Made by a program: the position numbers and the translations under genes
The notes under the pieces: model-generated
Told to the model about the DNA's origin: nothing
Databases searched by the model: none
What the model saw: the letters and a program-made list of their open reading frames with translations, nothing else
Shown: piece by piece, positions 49,142 to 59,166 of the stretch
Position numbering within the stretch: the stretch's first letter is position 1
How the letters are laid out: the number at the start of each line of letters is the position of its first letter
Assembly: GCA_018896645.1 (NCBI GenBank)
Contig: JAHIMF010000041.1
Location: 1,980 to 65,979, forward strand
Reading direction: 5' to 3'
DNA length: 64,000 nucleotides
Origin: Patescibacteria group bacterium
GTDB lineage: Bacteria; Patescibacteriota; Patescibacteriia; UBA2591; JABMQE01

Positions 49142-49861
49142 TTATTCTTCCATTCTGCGCAGACACTCCCAATATAACAGTTCGCAATTACGGCAATCTA
49201 CACAAACTGAGCTCCAGGGCGTGCTGCACATGCGGACACCTCTACCCTTATAGCGTTTCAGTATTTCCAGTAAGACTTCGGTTTTGATGCAGTAATAATC
49301 ATTAAGAATACTTTTCCGCCATTCGTAGTCTTCTGACATAACCACATTTGCCTGATTATAATAACGCATAAATGTCATAACAACCGGTACTCCTTGAGCC
49401 AGGTAATACTCAACTAGTGAATCCTGAACTCCCAGGCCCCAGCTATTTGTTCTGATGCGCACAAACATTACATTCTTTGGGCACTCAACGAACAGGGACT
49501 CTCTGCCATTACAAGTAAAGACTACTGGTGCCGGAAAGTCAAAACGAGGATGCGAGGTGTTGAAGAAACGGTGTTCATACTGGTTAGTGGATTCAATAAC
49601 ATATTCTCGTTGAATATTGCTATCATGACCACTATTAATACGAACAATTTTCCCTGCCGCTTCTTGGGGAGTAGGAAACAATGGCTTGTCTAGTGTCCGA
49701 TAGAATCTCCCACCATTATAGAAGCACTCGGCACATCCCATGGGACATTCTCCGGTCTGGGGGATACAGTCAATCAAATTAGTGTTAGCCAGCTTGGGGT
49801 TTCTGTCCATAATCTTCTCCTTTGAGCACAATTGTTTCAGGATATTTCGGAAGAGGTTCAT
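49142..49861 (-). CDS. Cys-rich hypothetical protein with N-terminal CX3CX2C motif, in a GC-rich islet
   Basis: 239 aa ORF. 'GECPMGCAECFYNGG' near the N-terminus and 'CSTPWSSVCVDCRNCELLYWEC' at the C-terminus. Local GC is ~48% against a ~33% background. Confidence 0.4.
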   Translation of the reverse strand: MNLFRNILKQLCSKEKIMDRNPKLANTNLIDCIPQTGECPMGCAECFYNGGRFYRTLDKPLFPTPQEAAGKIVRINSGHDSNIQREYVIESTNQYEHRFFNTSHPRFDFPAPVVFTCNGRESLFVECPKNVMFVRIRTNSWGLGVQDSLVEYYLAQGVPVVMTFMRYYNQANVVMSEDYEWRKSILNDYYCIKTEVLLEILKRYKGRGVRMCSTPWSSVCVDCRNCELLYWECLRRMEE

Positions 49862-50065
49862 TAGGAATAAAGCCCCGCTTCAAAAGTGCTTCCCCAACAG
49901 CCCAGAGCCGAACATTTAGGAACCGTTCTCCCATTGAGGGGTCATTATTCTGCTCGGTGCGCCCCTTCCTTTTTGAACGAGCCATAGTTTCTCCTCCTTT
50001 TTTGAGTGGTTTTTGTAGGTTTATTTCGTTGGCTTTATATTATTCTTTTATAATCTTTTTGTCAA

Positions 50066-50920
50066 ATGGATATTCTTCATCTCAAAAAAATTCTCAAATT
50101 AACTAAAGCTGGGTTGATTTTGTTTTTTGTTTTTCTCTTTTGCTATTTATTTTATAAAGATTTTGTACCTTCTGGAAAATTAGTTATCATTAATAATTTT
50201 CAAAATAAATCGCAATTGATTTCTGATTTATATCCTGATGTGCGGGTGGAAAAAATTAAGCAAGACGAGCAGGGAAATTTTTATCAAACAATGTTTATTG
50301 ATCCAGTATATTTTAAGATAAACCCGCCGCGGGCGTTTAGGAAAGCGACGATAAAAATTGTTTATAAAAATAAAGAGCAATCATTGTTTCAAATTGGTTT
50401 AAAGCTTGGGGAAGAAGGTTGGGTATTTGATTTTAAGACTTTGGAATTTCAAAAGATCGATGATTTATCGTGGTATAAATTGCAAAAAGATAATCTTATC
50501 CTTTTACAAAAATCCAGGCGATACCGAGAGATCGACGATTTTTTACTGGAGCCGCCCACCCAGGGCCGGATTGCTCAATTTGGCTATACTTTAGAGCTTG
50601 CCAACCCGGCTGATTATTTATTAACAGCCCTTAACACAAAAACTGATCTTAATCATATCAGTTATATCATTGCTCGATACATCCAACCAGAGGTTGACGA
50701 CAGTGATATCAAAACAGCCCAGGCTGAGTTTTTTATTGATCGTTCTTTTCTTGTTGATGGGAAATTAGTATTTATTTTTTCTGCTCCGGAAATGGATGTT
50801 AATAAGCGCGAAATAGACATTTACGAAATTCAAGTTGCTCTAGAACGGGAACCCCTTAAATTGGGCAACACTATCAGACAAGCTGGGGGATATTTGAAGG
50901 ATATCATAGTAAATTTTTAA
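50066..50920 (+). CDS. hypothetical membrane-anchored protein
   Basis: 284 aa ORF with an N-terminal TM helix and no recognisable motif. Confidence 0.3.
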   Translation: MDILHLKKILKLTKAGLILFFVFLFCYLFYKDFVPSGKLVIINNFQNKSQLISDLYPDVRVEKIKQDEQGNFYQTMFIDPVYFKINPPRAFRKATIKIVYKNKEQSLFQIGLKLGEEGWVFDFKTLEFQKIDDLSWYKLQKDNLILLQKSRRYREIDDFLLEPPTQGRIAQFGYTLELANPADYLLTALNTKTDLNHISYIIARYIQPEVDDSDIKTAQAEFFIDRSFLVDGKLVFIFSAPEMDVNKREIDIYEIQVALEREPLKLGNTIRQAGGYLKDIIVNF

Positions 50921-51256
50921 TAGGTTTTCATTGTTACATTGTTTTATTGCTTATTTTTCTTGTTAACAATGTAGCAATGAAGCAATGTAACAATGGGCGC
51001 CATTGACTAGCCATTAACTGAGTAACCTGAAAAGCCATAATTATTCAACAATCAAAACTAAACATCTTTCTTTGGTTTTCGGCTAAATTGTTTAAGCAGT
51101 GTTTTGTGATTTGTTTGGCTGCGCTTTTAATATTTCTTATTATTGAAGACGCCAAATGCGGCTTTGTATTGAATTATTTTGATCTGGGCAAGCTTTTTGT
51201 TTTATGTATTTTTTTGGGTATTGGCGCCTTGTTGACGAGTAAAAAGGGCGAATTTC

Positions 51257-52843
51257 TTAGTGAATTGTGATTTTGTAGATTCCGTTTTTGTCGCCTATTT
51301 CAGCGTGAAGATAGATAAAATTTTTGTCCTTGTTGGGAAACAAATTGTAAATTTTTTTCACCTCAAGTAAATTAACAATGTTGCGTCGATTTCGGCTATC
51401 AAGCTCCAATGCATAGATTATATCTTTGCCGGCATTTTTCAGGGAGAGCAGTAAATAGTTTTGTTCTTTTGTGGATATAATTTTTTTGATTTCCGAGCTA
51501 AACCGGCTAAGAATGTATCTGGTGTCTTGCAAGGGTTTGCCATTGGAGTCGTAATTTTTTAAATCAGTTTGCCAAATTTCAAAATCATTATAATAAATCA
51601 AAGTTTGTGAAGCGGGTAAATAAAGGACATCTTTAGCTTTTGTTTCATTAAGAATAACTTCTTTAGTTTTGGTATTGATAAGCCAGATTTTTTGTTCGTG
51701 CCCTCTTTGGAAAAAGTCACCAGCAAGGGCTGATGATCCCCGCCCGGGAAAATCATCAGCCCTTGCTGGTGATTGAACTAATAATAATTCATCATCAATT
51801 TTAGAAAGAGAATACAGCGTACCTTGGTTTTGGGAGGAACCAAGCGGTAGCTCCAAGAGACAAGTCTTGGAAATCGCTTCAATTCTTAGGCTGCTGCCGT
51901 CTGTAGTCAAACCTACATAATTTAGGCACCAGTTCTCTTGCCATTTTTTAAGATAGAAAATATTCCAATCCTTGGCTATTAAAAAATCATCAAGACTTTG
52001 AGTTTTTATTTGCAGAAAAGGTTTTATTTTTTTTGTGAAAAGATTTATTTGATAGGTAGTGTTTTTTCTGGCGCCGTAAATAAGATTAGGATTTTGATGG
52101 TCCCACTTTAGATTGTCTAGCGGCGTATAGTTTTGGAAAGAATTTACTGATGTATTTTCTCCGGTTTCTGCATTGATGATTATATAATTTTTATATTCTG
52201 GTTTTTGTTCAGTAATTAATATTTTTTGGCTGGTATTATTCCATTTGATGTCAATAATTGAATCATGAGTTTCAAACAGGGTAGTCGTTTGTTCGGTTTT
52301 GATATCCAGTAGTTTTAAGGTGTTATTTAATAAGAGAGCCGTTTTTTGCTGATCCGGGGCAATCTGCACCTGGCTGATGTTTCCTTGAGTGAGCGCTTGA
52401 ATTTCCGGCTGCAAACGGAAGAGCAGCACTTGGTCAGCAAAAGTTGCTTCATTGCTGGTGATAGTTAATCTCTTGACCCAGGGGTGATAATCAGGTTTTG
52501 TCAGTTTAATAAGATATTCATTAGGAATAAGATTATTAATAATCAAAGGTGTTTTTTGAATATTTTTTTGCTCTTGGCTTTGGGTGGCAGCGATGATTCT
52601 AAATAAAGTCCTCCAGGCGCTGCCTGAAAATAGATTTTGACGAGGTTGGTTGTCAATATAGACAGAAGCAGCTTTTGGGTAAGTTTCAAGAATTAAACTG
52701 CCGGTTTTAACAATTTCGTGTTTTTTAAAATCATAACGAAAACCACTGCTAGCGAGAATTAGCAAAGGCGCAGTGATTAGGAAAAGTATGATGATTGAGA
52801 GGTAAATTAAGCGGCGGAGAGTGATGTTCATATTGATTGACAA
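51257..52843 (-). CDS. membrane-anchored PEGA-domain protein with C-terminal beta-rich domain
   Basis: 528 aa ORF. N-terminal TM helix, then 'LILETYPKAASVYIDNQP', a PEGA-like motif. Confidence 0.4.
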   Translation of the reverse strand: MSINMNITLRRLIYLSIIILFLITAPLLILASSGFRYDFKKHEIVKTGSLILETYPKAASVYIDNQPRQNLFSGSAWRTLFRIIAATQSQEQKNIQKTPLIINNLIPNEYLIKLTKPDYHPWVKRLTITSNEATFADQVLLFRLQPEIQALTQGNISQVQIAPDQQKTALLLNNTLKLLDIKTEQTTTLFETHDSIIDIKWNNTSQKILITEQKPEYKNYIIINAETGENTSVNSFQNYTPLDNLKWDHQNPNLIYGARKNTTYQINLFTKKIKPFLQIKTQSLDDFLIAKDWNIFYLKKWQENWCLNYVGLTTDGSSLRIEAISKTCLLELPLGSSQNQGTLYSLSKIDDELLLVQSPARADDFPGRGSSALAGDFFQRGHEQKIWLINTKTKEVILNETKAKDVLYLPASQTLIYYNDFEIWQTDLKNYDSNGKPLQDTRYILSRFSSEIKKIISTKEQNYLLLSLKNAGKDIIYALELDSRNRRNIVNLLEVKKIYNLFPNKDKNFIYLHAEIGDKNGIYKITIH

Positions 52844-53052
52844 AAGGAGGTTTTGGGGGTAGAGTAAAGATGATGGATGTGAAGTAAGATTTTTCGTACA
52901 TTGTATATAATGTTCAATTGTCCGATTGCTCGATTGATAAATTGTTTAGAATGATTTTGTAACAATCGAACAATTGAACAATGAAACAATGAGCAAGGGG
53001 CATATTTAAACAACAGAAATCAAAATAATAGAAAGTTTTACGCAACCCCACC

Positions 53053-54306
53053 ATGTCTAAATTTATCATCACCGGCGGTAAAAAGCTTTCCGGTGAAATC
53101 CCAGTTAATGGCGCAAAAAATGCAGCTTTGAAAATTATTCCAGCTGCCTTGCTTTTTGATGAAAAGATTACTATTAGCAATGTGCCTAAAATTGAAGATG
53201 TGACTCGGCTGTTAGAAATTGTAAAAGATTTGGGGGTGGAAGTCAAGCAAAAAGGCAACACGGTTAAAATTCAAGCGGGTGATATTAAATCAGGTGAACT
53301 TTCCCGCGATTTGGTGCCAAAATTGCGAGCTTCTAATATGCTGATTGGTCCCCTGCTTTTGCGGGTAGGCGAGGTCGTGATTCCTCATGCCGGGGGTTGC
53401 GCTATTAGCCGGCGCCCGATTGATGTTTGGGTAAATCTTTTTAAACAACTTGGCGCAGAGGTGGAACAAGGCCCCAAATTATATACTTTCAAAGCTCGAA
53501 AAATGCGCGGCGCCAAATTGGTGTTTCCTTTTATTTCGGTAACTGCTACTGAAGCCTTGATGATGACAGCCGTATTGTTGTCTGGAAAAACAACTATTGT
53601 TAATGCAGCCATGGAGCCAGAAATCCCGGCCTTGGCTGATTATCTTAACGAATGCGGCGCAAAGATAAAAGGCGCCGGTACTAGCGAGATTGTGATCGAG
53701 GGCGTTAAACAGCTTAAAGCCCGACCTTTCACCGTGATACCTGACAGAATTGAAGCTGGCAGTTTTGCGTGTCTTGGAGCGGCTACTCGAAGTAGAATAA
53801 AGATCACTCATTGTAATCCGAATCACCTTGAGGTGCCTTTGGCGATTTTAGAGCAGATGGGCGTTAATTTTGTTGTTGGCAAGGACTACATTCAAATTAA
53901 AGAAGTTAGCGACCTAAAAGCAACAAAAATTAAAACCCATGAATATCCAGGTTTTCCTACTGATTTGCAATCTCCGTTTACTACTTTATTGACCCAAGCC
54001 AAGGGGGACAGCTTAGTTCATGAAACGATTTTTGAAGGTCGGCTTTTTTATACTGATATTTTAAATCAGATGGGAGCCGAGATTATTATGTGTGATCCTC
54101 ATCGGGTAATTGTCCAGGGGCCAACAAAACTCTATGGCACTAAAGTTGCCAGCCCGGATATCCGGGCCGGTATTGCTTTAATCATTGCTGGCTTGATTGC
54201 CGAAGGCGAAACCGAGATAGATAATATTTATCAGATTGATCGGGGATATGAAGATATTGAAGGGCGGCTGAAAAAGCTGGGGGCGGGGATAAAGCGATTG
54301 GAGTGA
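53053..54306 (+). CDS. murA: UDP-N-acetylglucosamine 1-carboxyvinyltransferase
   Basis: 417 aa ORF. 'MSKFIITGGKKLSGEIPVNGAKNAALKIIPAALL' with the catalytic Cys in 'HAGGCAISRRPID'. Confidence 0.9.
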   Translation: MSKFIITGGKKLSGEIPVNGAKNAALKIIPAALLFDEKITISNVPKIEDVTRLLEIVKDLGVEVKQKGNTVKIQAGDIKSGELSRDLVPKLRASNMLIGPLLLRVGEVVIPHAGGCAISRRPIDVWVNLFKQLGAEVEQGPKLYTFKARKMRGAKLVFPFISVTATEALMMTAVLLSGKTTIVNAAMEPEIPALADYLNECGAKIKGAGTSEIVIEGVKQLKARPFTVIPDRIEAGSFACLGAATRSRIKITHCNPNHLEVPLAILEQMGVNFVVGKDYIQIKEVSDLKATKIKTHEYPGFPTDLQSPFTTLLTQAKGDSLVHETIFEGRLFYTDILNQMGAEIIMCDPHRVIVQGPTKLYGTKVASPDIRAGIALIIAGLIAEGETEIDNIYQIDRGYEDIEGRLKKLGAGIKRLE

Positions 54307-54413
54307 GATTTCTATTATTAGAAAACTGATATAGCGCGAGCGGTAGAAGTTGGTGATTAAGATTCGCGGCAAGAAAGTGATTATTGACGATTGGAAAAAA
54401 TAAATTTAAAAAG

Positions 54414-54447
54414 AAAAGCCGGGAGCTTGTAAGCCCTCGGCTTTTTG
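54414..54447. terminator. bidirectional rho-independent terminator between murA (+) and the convergent GC-rich islet genes (-)
   Basis: AAAAGCCGGGAGCTTGTAAGCCCTCGGCTTTTTG: a GC-rich hairpin flanked by an A-run and a T-run. Confidence 0.5.
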
Positions 54448-54476
54448 ATTATCCGTCATCCGGCGGAGAATCTATT

Positions 54477-55340
54477 TTATTTCACCAGCACCATTCTCCT
54501 CGTCTCTTGATAATTTCCTACGCAGAGGCGATAGAGATAGGCGCCAGTTCCAAATCCGCTTCCATCCCAAGCCACTTCGTACTGGCCGGCTCCCTGACGA
54601 CCCGCCACCAACGTTGCCACTCGCTGACCAATGGCGTCATAAATGGTCAACATGACATCACTGGCTTCTGGCAGATTGTAGGTGATGGTCGTAGCCAGGT
54701 TGAAGGGGTTGGGAAAGTTTTGTTGCAGAGCAATCTTGAAAGCAGTTGTTGCTTTCGCTTTTTTTACCACCTCCTTGCTTGCTTTTCCACCATTAATATA
54801 TATTACGGTATAAACAATGCCAATATTGTTTTTATATAGAACCGATGCTAAAACCGGGGTCCCGCTCTGTATATTAAAAAACAGAAACGAGTGAATGTAG
54901 CTTTCCCCATTGGGCGCGAAAACCCTGGCGTTTAACTCTCTTGAGATAAACTGGGCGATATTATTGTCACCACTGCCCGTTGAACAGGCAATAAGAACAA
55001 TATCAGGACTTGGGTTGAGATAAGGACTGATTTTTTCCCAAACATCAGCATCTCCAATCTCTATCCTCCAGGGATTATCCTGACCCGCAACTATTTTGTA
55101 ACTAATACCTTTAGTGTTGCCATGGCCACCGATGACCAATAAATCTATCATACCAGCGGGTTTATAGCCATAATTCTCTCCCATGCTTATGATATTAGCT
55201 ACAAATTTATTCCTACAATCTGCTTCAACGATTCGCAGGTCAAATCGCACATCCAGGAATCTCTGGATTATTTCAGGGTTTTGGTAAAACGCCCGGCTGT
55301 AATCCGTTTTAGGCAAAGCAATCACCGCCAGGGGCCGCAT
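54477..55340 (-). CDS. clan-CD (gingipain/caspase-like) cysteine-peptidase-like domain fused to a type IX secretion system C-terminal sorting domain; no signal peptide, possibly a fragment or pseudogene
   Basis: 287 aa ORF. 'DLLVIGGHGN' and 'IVLIACSTGSG' give a His/Cys dyad arrangement. The C-terminal 'LQQNFPNPFNLATTITYNLPEASDVMLTIYDAIGQRVATLV...GQYEVAWDGSG...GAYLYRLCVGNYQETRRMVLVK' is a canonical T9SS CTD. Local GC is ~50%. Confidence 0.6.
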   Translation of the reverse strand: MRPLAVIALPKTDYSRAFYQNPEIIQRFLDVRFDLRIVEADCRNKFVANIISMGENYGYKPAGMIDLLVIGGHGNTKGISYKIVAGQDNPWRIEIGDADVWEKISPYLNPSPDIVLIACSTGSGDNNIAQFISRELNARVFAPNGESYIHSFLFFNIQSGTPVLASVLYKNNIGIVYTVIYINGGKASKEVVKKAKATTAFKIALQQNFPNPFNLATTITYNLPEASDVMLTIYDAIGQRVATLVAGRQGAGQYEVAWDGSGFGTGAYLYRLCVGNYQETRRMVLVK

Positions 55341-55388
55341 GTGTGAGCCAGGCTCATCAGTAAAGGCTTGCCTCTGATTCCTATGCTC

Positions 55389-56453
55389 CTATAGATGAGA
55401 AAGAACCTTTACGGTGTACCTGCCAAAAAAAGAGATATTATATTGTTTGAATATATATCGGGCTGGCTCTGATGTCCCATACTTTTCATGCAATTGTTTT
55501 AGCCGATATAAATCCTCACCAATATTATTATCTCCCAACCCTTTTAAAGGATTGCTTTTCTTTAATTCCTTGAAAAAATCACCGTCCAAGCCAGTATAAT
55601 ACTTCACTGGCTTTTCAAATTCTTGCTCATCTAAAACCACATCAAAGCCTATACTGCGTAGACCGTCGCCCGCTCTTTCTCGCCCAGATTCGGGCGCCAT
55701 GGCTCTGGGGAAAAAGATTGCTTGAGTCAAGACCTTAATTATACGAGAGAGTAAGGCCTTGTTTCCTTCGCCAAGTCCATTGCCTATTTTACCCAAACTC
55801 GCAGCTGCTGTATCTTGGGCACGCCATTCCTTATCATTTAAAAAGATTCTGATTAACAGCTCTGCGTGTTGGGAATTACCTATTTCGCCCGATGCCCAGA
55901 CAGCCGCCCATCGAAGATAGTCATTATCGCTTTTTAGGGCCAGGGTTAAAAGATTTTCAGCTTCTGGACTAACTTCACCTATTTTGCCCAAAGCATACAT
56001 TGACTGAATGAGCAGGTCTACCAGCCAATAATCTTTATCCCAACCATTTTGAAAGCCCAAATCTATAATTTCTATCAGGAACGGCGCAATTCTTGAAACA
56101 CCAATTTCACCCAACCAATATATGGCTTCCTTTTTAATGAGTTTTGATTGGTCAAGATCATTTTTTACTACAAAAATCAACGCATCTATTATTTTGTCTA
56201 ATGCCTTTGTTTCGATGATAGTCAGGTCGTCTTTGTTCACCAAAACAACAGCTATCCCACCTAAAATTTTTACTGCGTTTCTTCGGACAAAGGGGTCTCT
56301 ATGGTTTTTTAATCCTTTTATCAACGGGTCCACGGTTCTGGGATCTTTTATCTTAATTAAATTATCAGTTGCATCGTTTATGATGGATAGCTTGGCGCCA
56401 TAAAAAAGAGCAATCAAGTTTCTCGCCGTCTCCATATCTTGTCTAACAGCCAC
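55389..56453 (-). CDS. HEAT-repeat (PBS-lyase-like) protein in GC-rich islet
   Basis: 354 aa ORF. Repeated 'D..VR..A..ALG.IG' units: 'DPFVRRNAVKILGGI', 'NDYLRWAAVWASGEIG' and 'EWRAQDTAAASLGKIG'. Confidence 0.6.
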   Translation of the reverse strand: MAVRQDMETARNLIALFYGAKLSIINDATDNLIKIKDPRTVDPLIKGLKNHRDPFVRRNAVKILGGIAVVLVNKDDLTIIETKALDKIIDALIFVVKNDLDQSKLIKKEAIYWLGEIGVSRIAPFLIEIIDLGFQNGWDKDYWLVDLLIQSMYALGKIGEVSPEAENLLTLALKSDNDYLRWAAVWASGEIGNSQHAELLIRIFLNDKEWRAQDTAAASLGKIGNGLGEGNKALLSRIIKVLTQAIFFPRAMAPESGRERAGDGLRSIGFDVVLDEQEFEKPVKYYTGLDGDFFKELKKSNPLKGLGDNNIGEDLYRLKQLHEKYGTSEPARYIFKQYNISFFGRYTVKVLSHL

Positions 56454-56488
56454 GCCTCTTTGTTCCAGCTCTCTTAGGGCGCCAATTA

Positions 56489-57037
56489 TTAGAACCTGGT
56501 AATTACGCTATTCTCTTCTACAATGTGGACAAGGAGGACATTTATTGACCACTCAGTTCCAAATTTACCCAATGCCAGTATAGCTTTTATTCTTTCTTGA
56601 ATACCAGTATGAGGCTGAGGATTAAGCAGTATGGTCCCTATCGGCTTCTCAACATCCCAACCAAAACGAGCTTGAAGAGCCAGGTAGAAGTCAACACAAT
56701 TAAGCATAGTGTCAAACCTTTCTTTGGTTGATTCACCGGCTACTCCTTTCACTAAATGCGGATTATTATCGCCTTCTTCCAAAAACCTATAATATGCTGC
56801 TTTCAATCTATCCTGCTGTGGACCGGGGGCCAGTTGACAAATGCTATTATCGTAGGTCCCCGTGATAATTGCAATGACTACGACTATTACTACTAATAAA
56901 TGCTTTTTCATTGTTCTCTCCTTTCCAAGAGAAAAAGTGACAGAAAAATATTTAACTCCAGCCAAAAAGTTCATTAAAGTGTCCAAATAAGGCCTTTCAT
57001 GCCTTTTGGAAGCAGGTTTAGAGGAATGAATTTTCAA
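56489..57037 (-). CDS. hypothetical secreted/membrane-anchored protein in GC-rich islet
   Basis: 182 aa ORF. The likely true start is the internal 'MKKHLLVVIVVVIAIITG' signal/anchor. Confidence 0.3.
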   Translation of the reverse strand: MKIHSSKPASKRHERPYLDTLMNFLAGVKYFSVTFSLGKERTMKKHLLVVIVVVIAIITGTYDNSICQLAPGPQQDRLKAAYYRFLEEGDNNPHLVKGVAGESTKERFDTMLNCVDFYLALQARFGWDVEKPIGTILLNPQPHTGIQERIKAILALGKFGTEWSINVLLVHIVEENSVITRF

Positions 57038-57360
57038 GGAGCGAATTTATTAAATAAGGATAGTATGGTTTAGAATTTTTGTCAAAGCTTTGCTATAAAA
57101 ATGTTATTGTGGAAATTATGGGATTAGCGACAAGGCAAAGCTTTGTCGCTATATTAAGATTATCCACATTTTGCTAATAAAAAATTTATATGATACAATA
57201 AAACAAGTTAGATTGGTTATGAGTTATCAGCCAGAGGTTGACCTCCCCCAAAGGCGGATGAGCATCTGGTCCAAACCTTTGGCTGGGAAAAGTTAGAAAT
57301 TATCAAGTTAACCTATAACCAGTCTAACTTTTCTAATCAGTTTAACTCGCATCATTTTTT

Positions 57361-58722
57361 ATGAAAAATCTAAAGCCTCAAGAACCTAATTTAGGTAGCT
57401 CTAAAAATCCAACCGTCCCGGCCAATTTTAGAAAAAATATTTTTATTATTTTGATTTTGTTTTTATTGACTGCTTCATTCGGATTTGGCATTTATACCGG
57501 CCAACATTGGGGAGATTTAAACTCTAATGTTAATCAAAACGATAAAGAAGAAACAGCTCTTCAGGAAACTGAAGAAAACCAGCAATACGGCGAGCTTAAA
57601 GATAAAAATGAGATACCAAAATATCTAACCAAGGATGTCAACGCCCAACTTTTTTTAGAGGTTTGGGATATTATTCATAATAAATATGTTGATCCGGTTG
57701 AGGACATCAAATTATTTTATGGCGCTTTGGCCGGAAGCGTGGCGGCGCTTGGCGATCCTTATAGCATGTTTTTAGAGCCTAAAATCACCAGCGATTTTAC
57801 TGAAGAACTACAAGGCAAGTTTGAAGGTATTGGCGCCGAGATTGCCATTAAAGCCGACCGCCTAACAATTGTGGCGCCCCTGCCAGATACCCCGGCCGAA
57901 CAAGCAGGGATTAAAGCTGGCGATAAAGTATATTTGATTGATGACTATGATACTACCGGCATTACTCTGGAAGAGGCGGTAAAAAGAATCCGCGGGCCGC
58001 AGGGAACCCCGGTGGTTTTAACGGTCATGCGCGAAGACAATGGCGATGAGCCTTTAAAAATCGAAATTATCCGGGACGAGATTCATTTTAAAAGTGTTCG
58101 AGGTGAAATGAAGGAAGAGGATATTGGCTATATTAAAATTTCTCATTTTAATGAAGATACCACAGCCAGCTTTGAAGAAGTTCTTGATGAACTTTTAGAC
58201 CAAGGAGCTCAAACGATTATTTTGGATTTACGGAATAATCCCGGGGGCTATTTAAAACGCGCGATTGATATTGCCAGCTTTTGGGTAGATGATGATGTGA
58301 TTGTTATTGAAAAATTTGGTGAAAATTATCCAGATCCATTGCCGATTGATAAAAAACGGGTCCACAAATCAACTTTGCCGGCGATTTTGAAAGGAGTCAA
58401 AACCGTGGTTTTGGTAAACCTGGGTTCGGCCTCGGGCTCGGAGATTGTGGCCGGCGCTTTGCAGGATTACGGTCTGGCTACAATTATTGGTAAAAAGACT
58501 TTTGGTAAAGGCTCGGTTCAAGAGCTAGAAGAGCTCTCTGACGGTTCTTCGGTCAAAATTACCATTGCTAAGTGGCTGACGCCCAAGGGTCGTTGCATAG
58601 CTGATGAGGGGATTGAGCCGGATATTGAGGTAGAGATGACTGGCGAGGATTATAGCAATGATTTAGATCCCCAGTTGGATAAAGCAATTGAGATAATTAA
58701 AGGAGAGGACTTGACGGAATAA
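57361..58722 (+). CDS. carboxyl-terminal processing protease (S41) with PDZ domain
   Basis: 453 aa ORF. N-terminal TM helix; 'GIGAEIAIKADRLTIVAPLPDTPAEQAGIKAGDKV' PDZ domain; 'LVNLGSASGSEIVAGALQD...GKKTFGKGSVQ' S41 Ser/Lys dyad region. Confidence 0.8.
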   Translation: MKNLKPQEPNLGSSKNPTVPANFRKNIFIILILFLLTASFGFGIYTGQHWGDLNSNVNQNDKEETALQETEENQQYGELKDKNEIPKYLTKDVNAQLFLEVWDIIHNKYVDPVEDIKLFYGALAGSVAALGDPYSMFLEPKITSDFTEELQGKFEGIGAEIAIKADRLTIVAPLPDTPAEQAGIKAGDKVYLIDDYDTTGITLEEAVKRIRGPQGTPVVLTVMREDNGDEPLKIEIIRDEIHFKSVRGEMKEEDIGYIKISHFNEDTTASFEEVLDELLDQGAQTIILDLRNNPGGYLKRAIDIASFWVDDDVIVIEKFGENYPDPLPIDKKRVHKSTLPAILKGVKTVVLVNLGSASGSEIVAGALQDYGLATIIGKKTFGKGSVQELEELSDGSSVKITIAKWLTPKGRCIADEGIEPDIEVEMTGEDYSNDLDPQLDKAIEIIKGEDLTE

Positions 58723-58745
58723 TTTTTTAAATAAACAATATAGAT

Positions 58746-59066
58746 ATGGATGAAGACCAGGAAAAATTAAATAAACCCATGACCTTAAAGACACTTGGTG
58801 AATTTTCCGAGCAGGTTTTGTTGCCAGCTGTTGATAGGATGATTGACAAAAAGTTGGACAAAACCAAAGATGAGCTGGAAGAAAAAATGGATCGAGTTAA
58901 GGGTGAAACGTTTGAGAATATGGAGTATAACAAAAAGGAAATCCTTCAGGAGCTAAAGAAAGAAAAAGAAAAAAACGCGCAACATCGAACCATTGCAACT
59001 GATATTTTTGAAAAGCATAATTTGGCTAATCCAGAAGAATTAGAAATTTTGAAAGAATCAGTTTGA
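58746..59066 (+). CDS. hypothetical coiled-coil protein
   Basis: 106 aa ORF, charged and helical, with no recognisable motif. Confidence 0.3.
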   Translation: MDEDQEKLNKPMTLKTLGEFSEQVLLPAVDRMIDKKLDKTKDELEEKMDRVKGETFENMEYNKKEILQELKKEKEKNAQHRTIATDIFEKHNLANPEELEILKESV

Positions 59067-59166
59067 TGGGAAAGAATATGAAAAAAAATCACAACGTTGA
59101 TAAGGTTTCGGTCAAAGACCGGCCAGTCTCTGGCTGGAATAATGTTAATAAGATTAATAAATTGAC

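Noticed and set aside
54384-54839. 151-aa plus-strand ORF
   Set aside because: It is antisense to the T9SS-CTD protein's conserved C-terminal domain and is a GC-rich shadow ORF with no motif.
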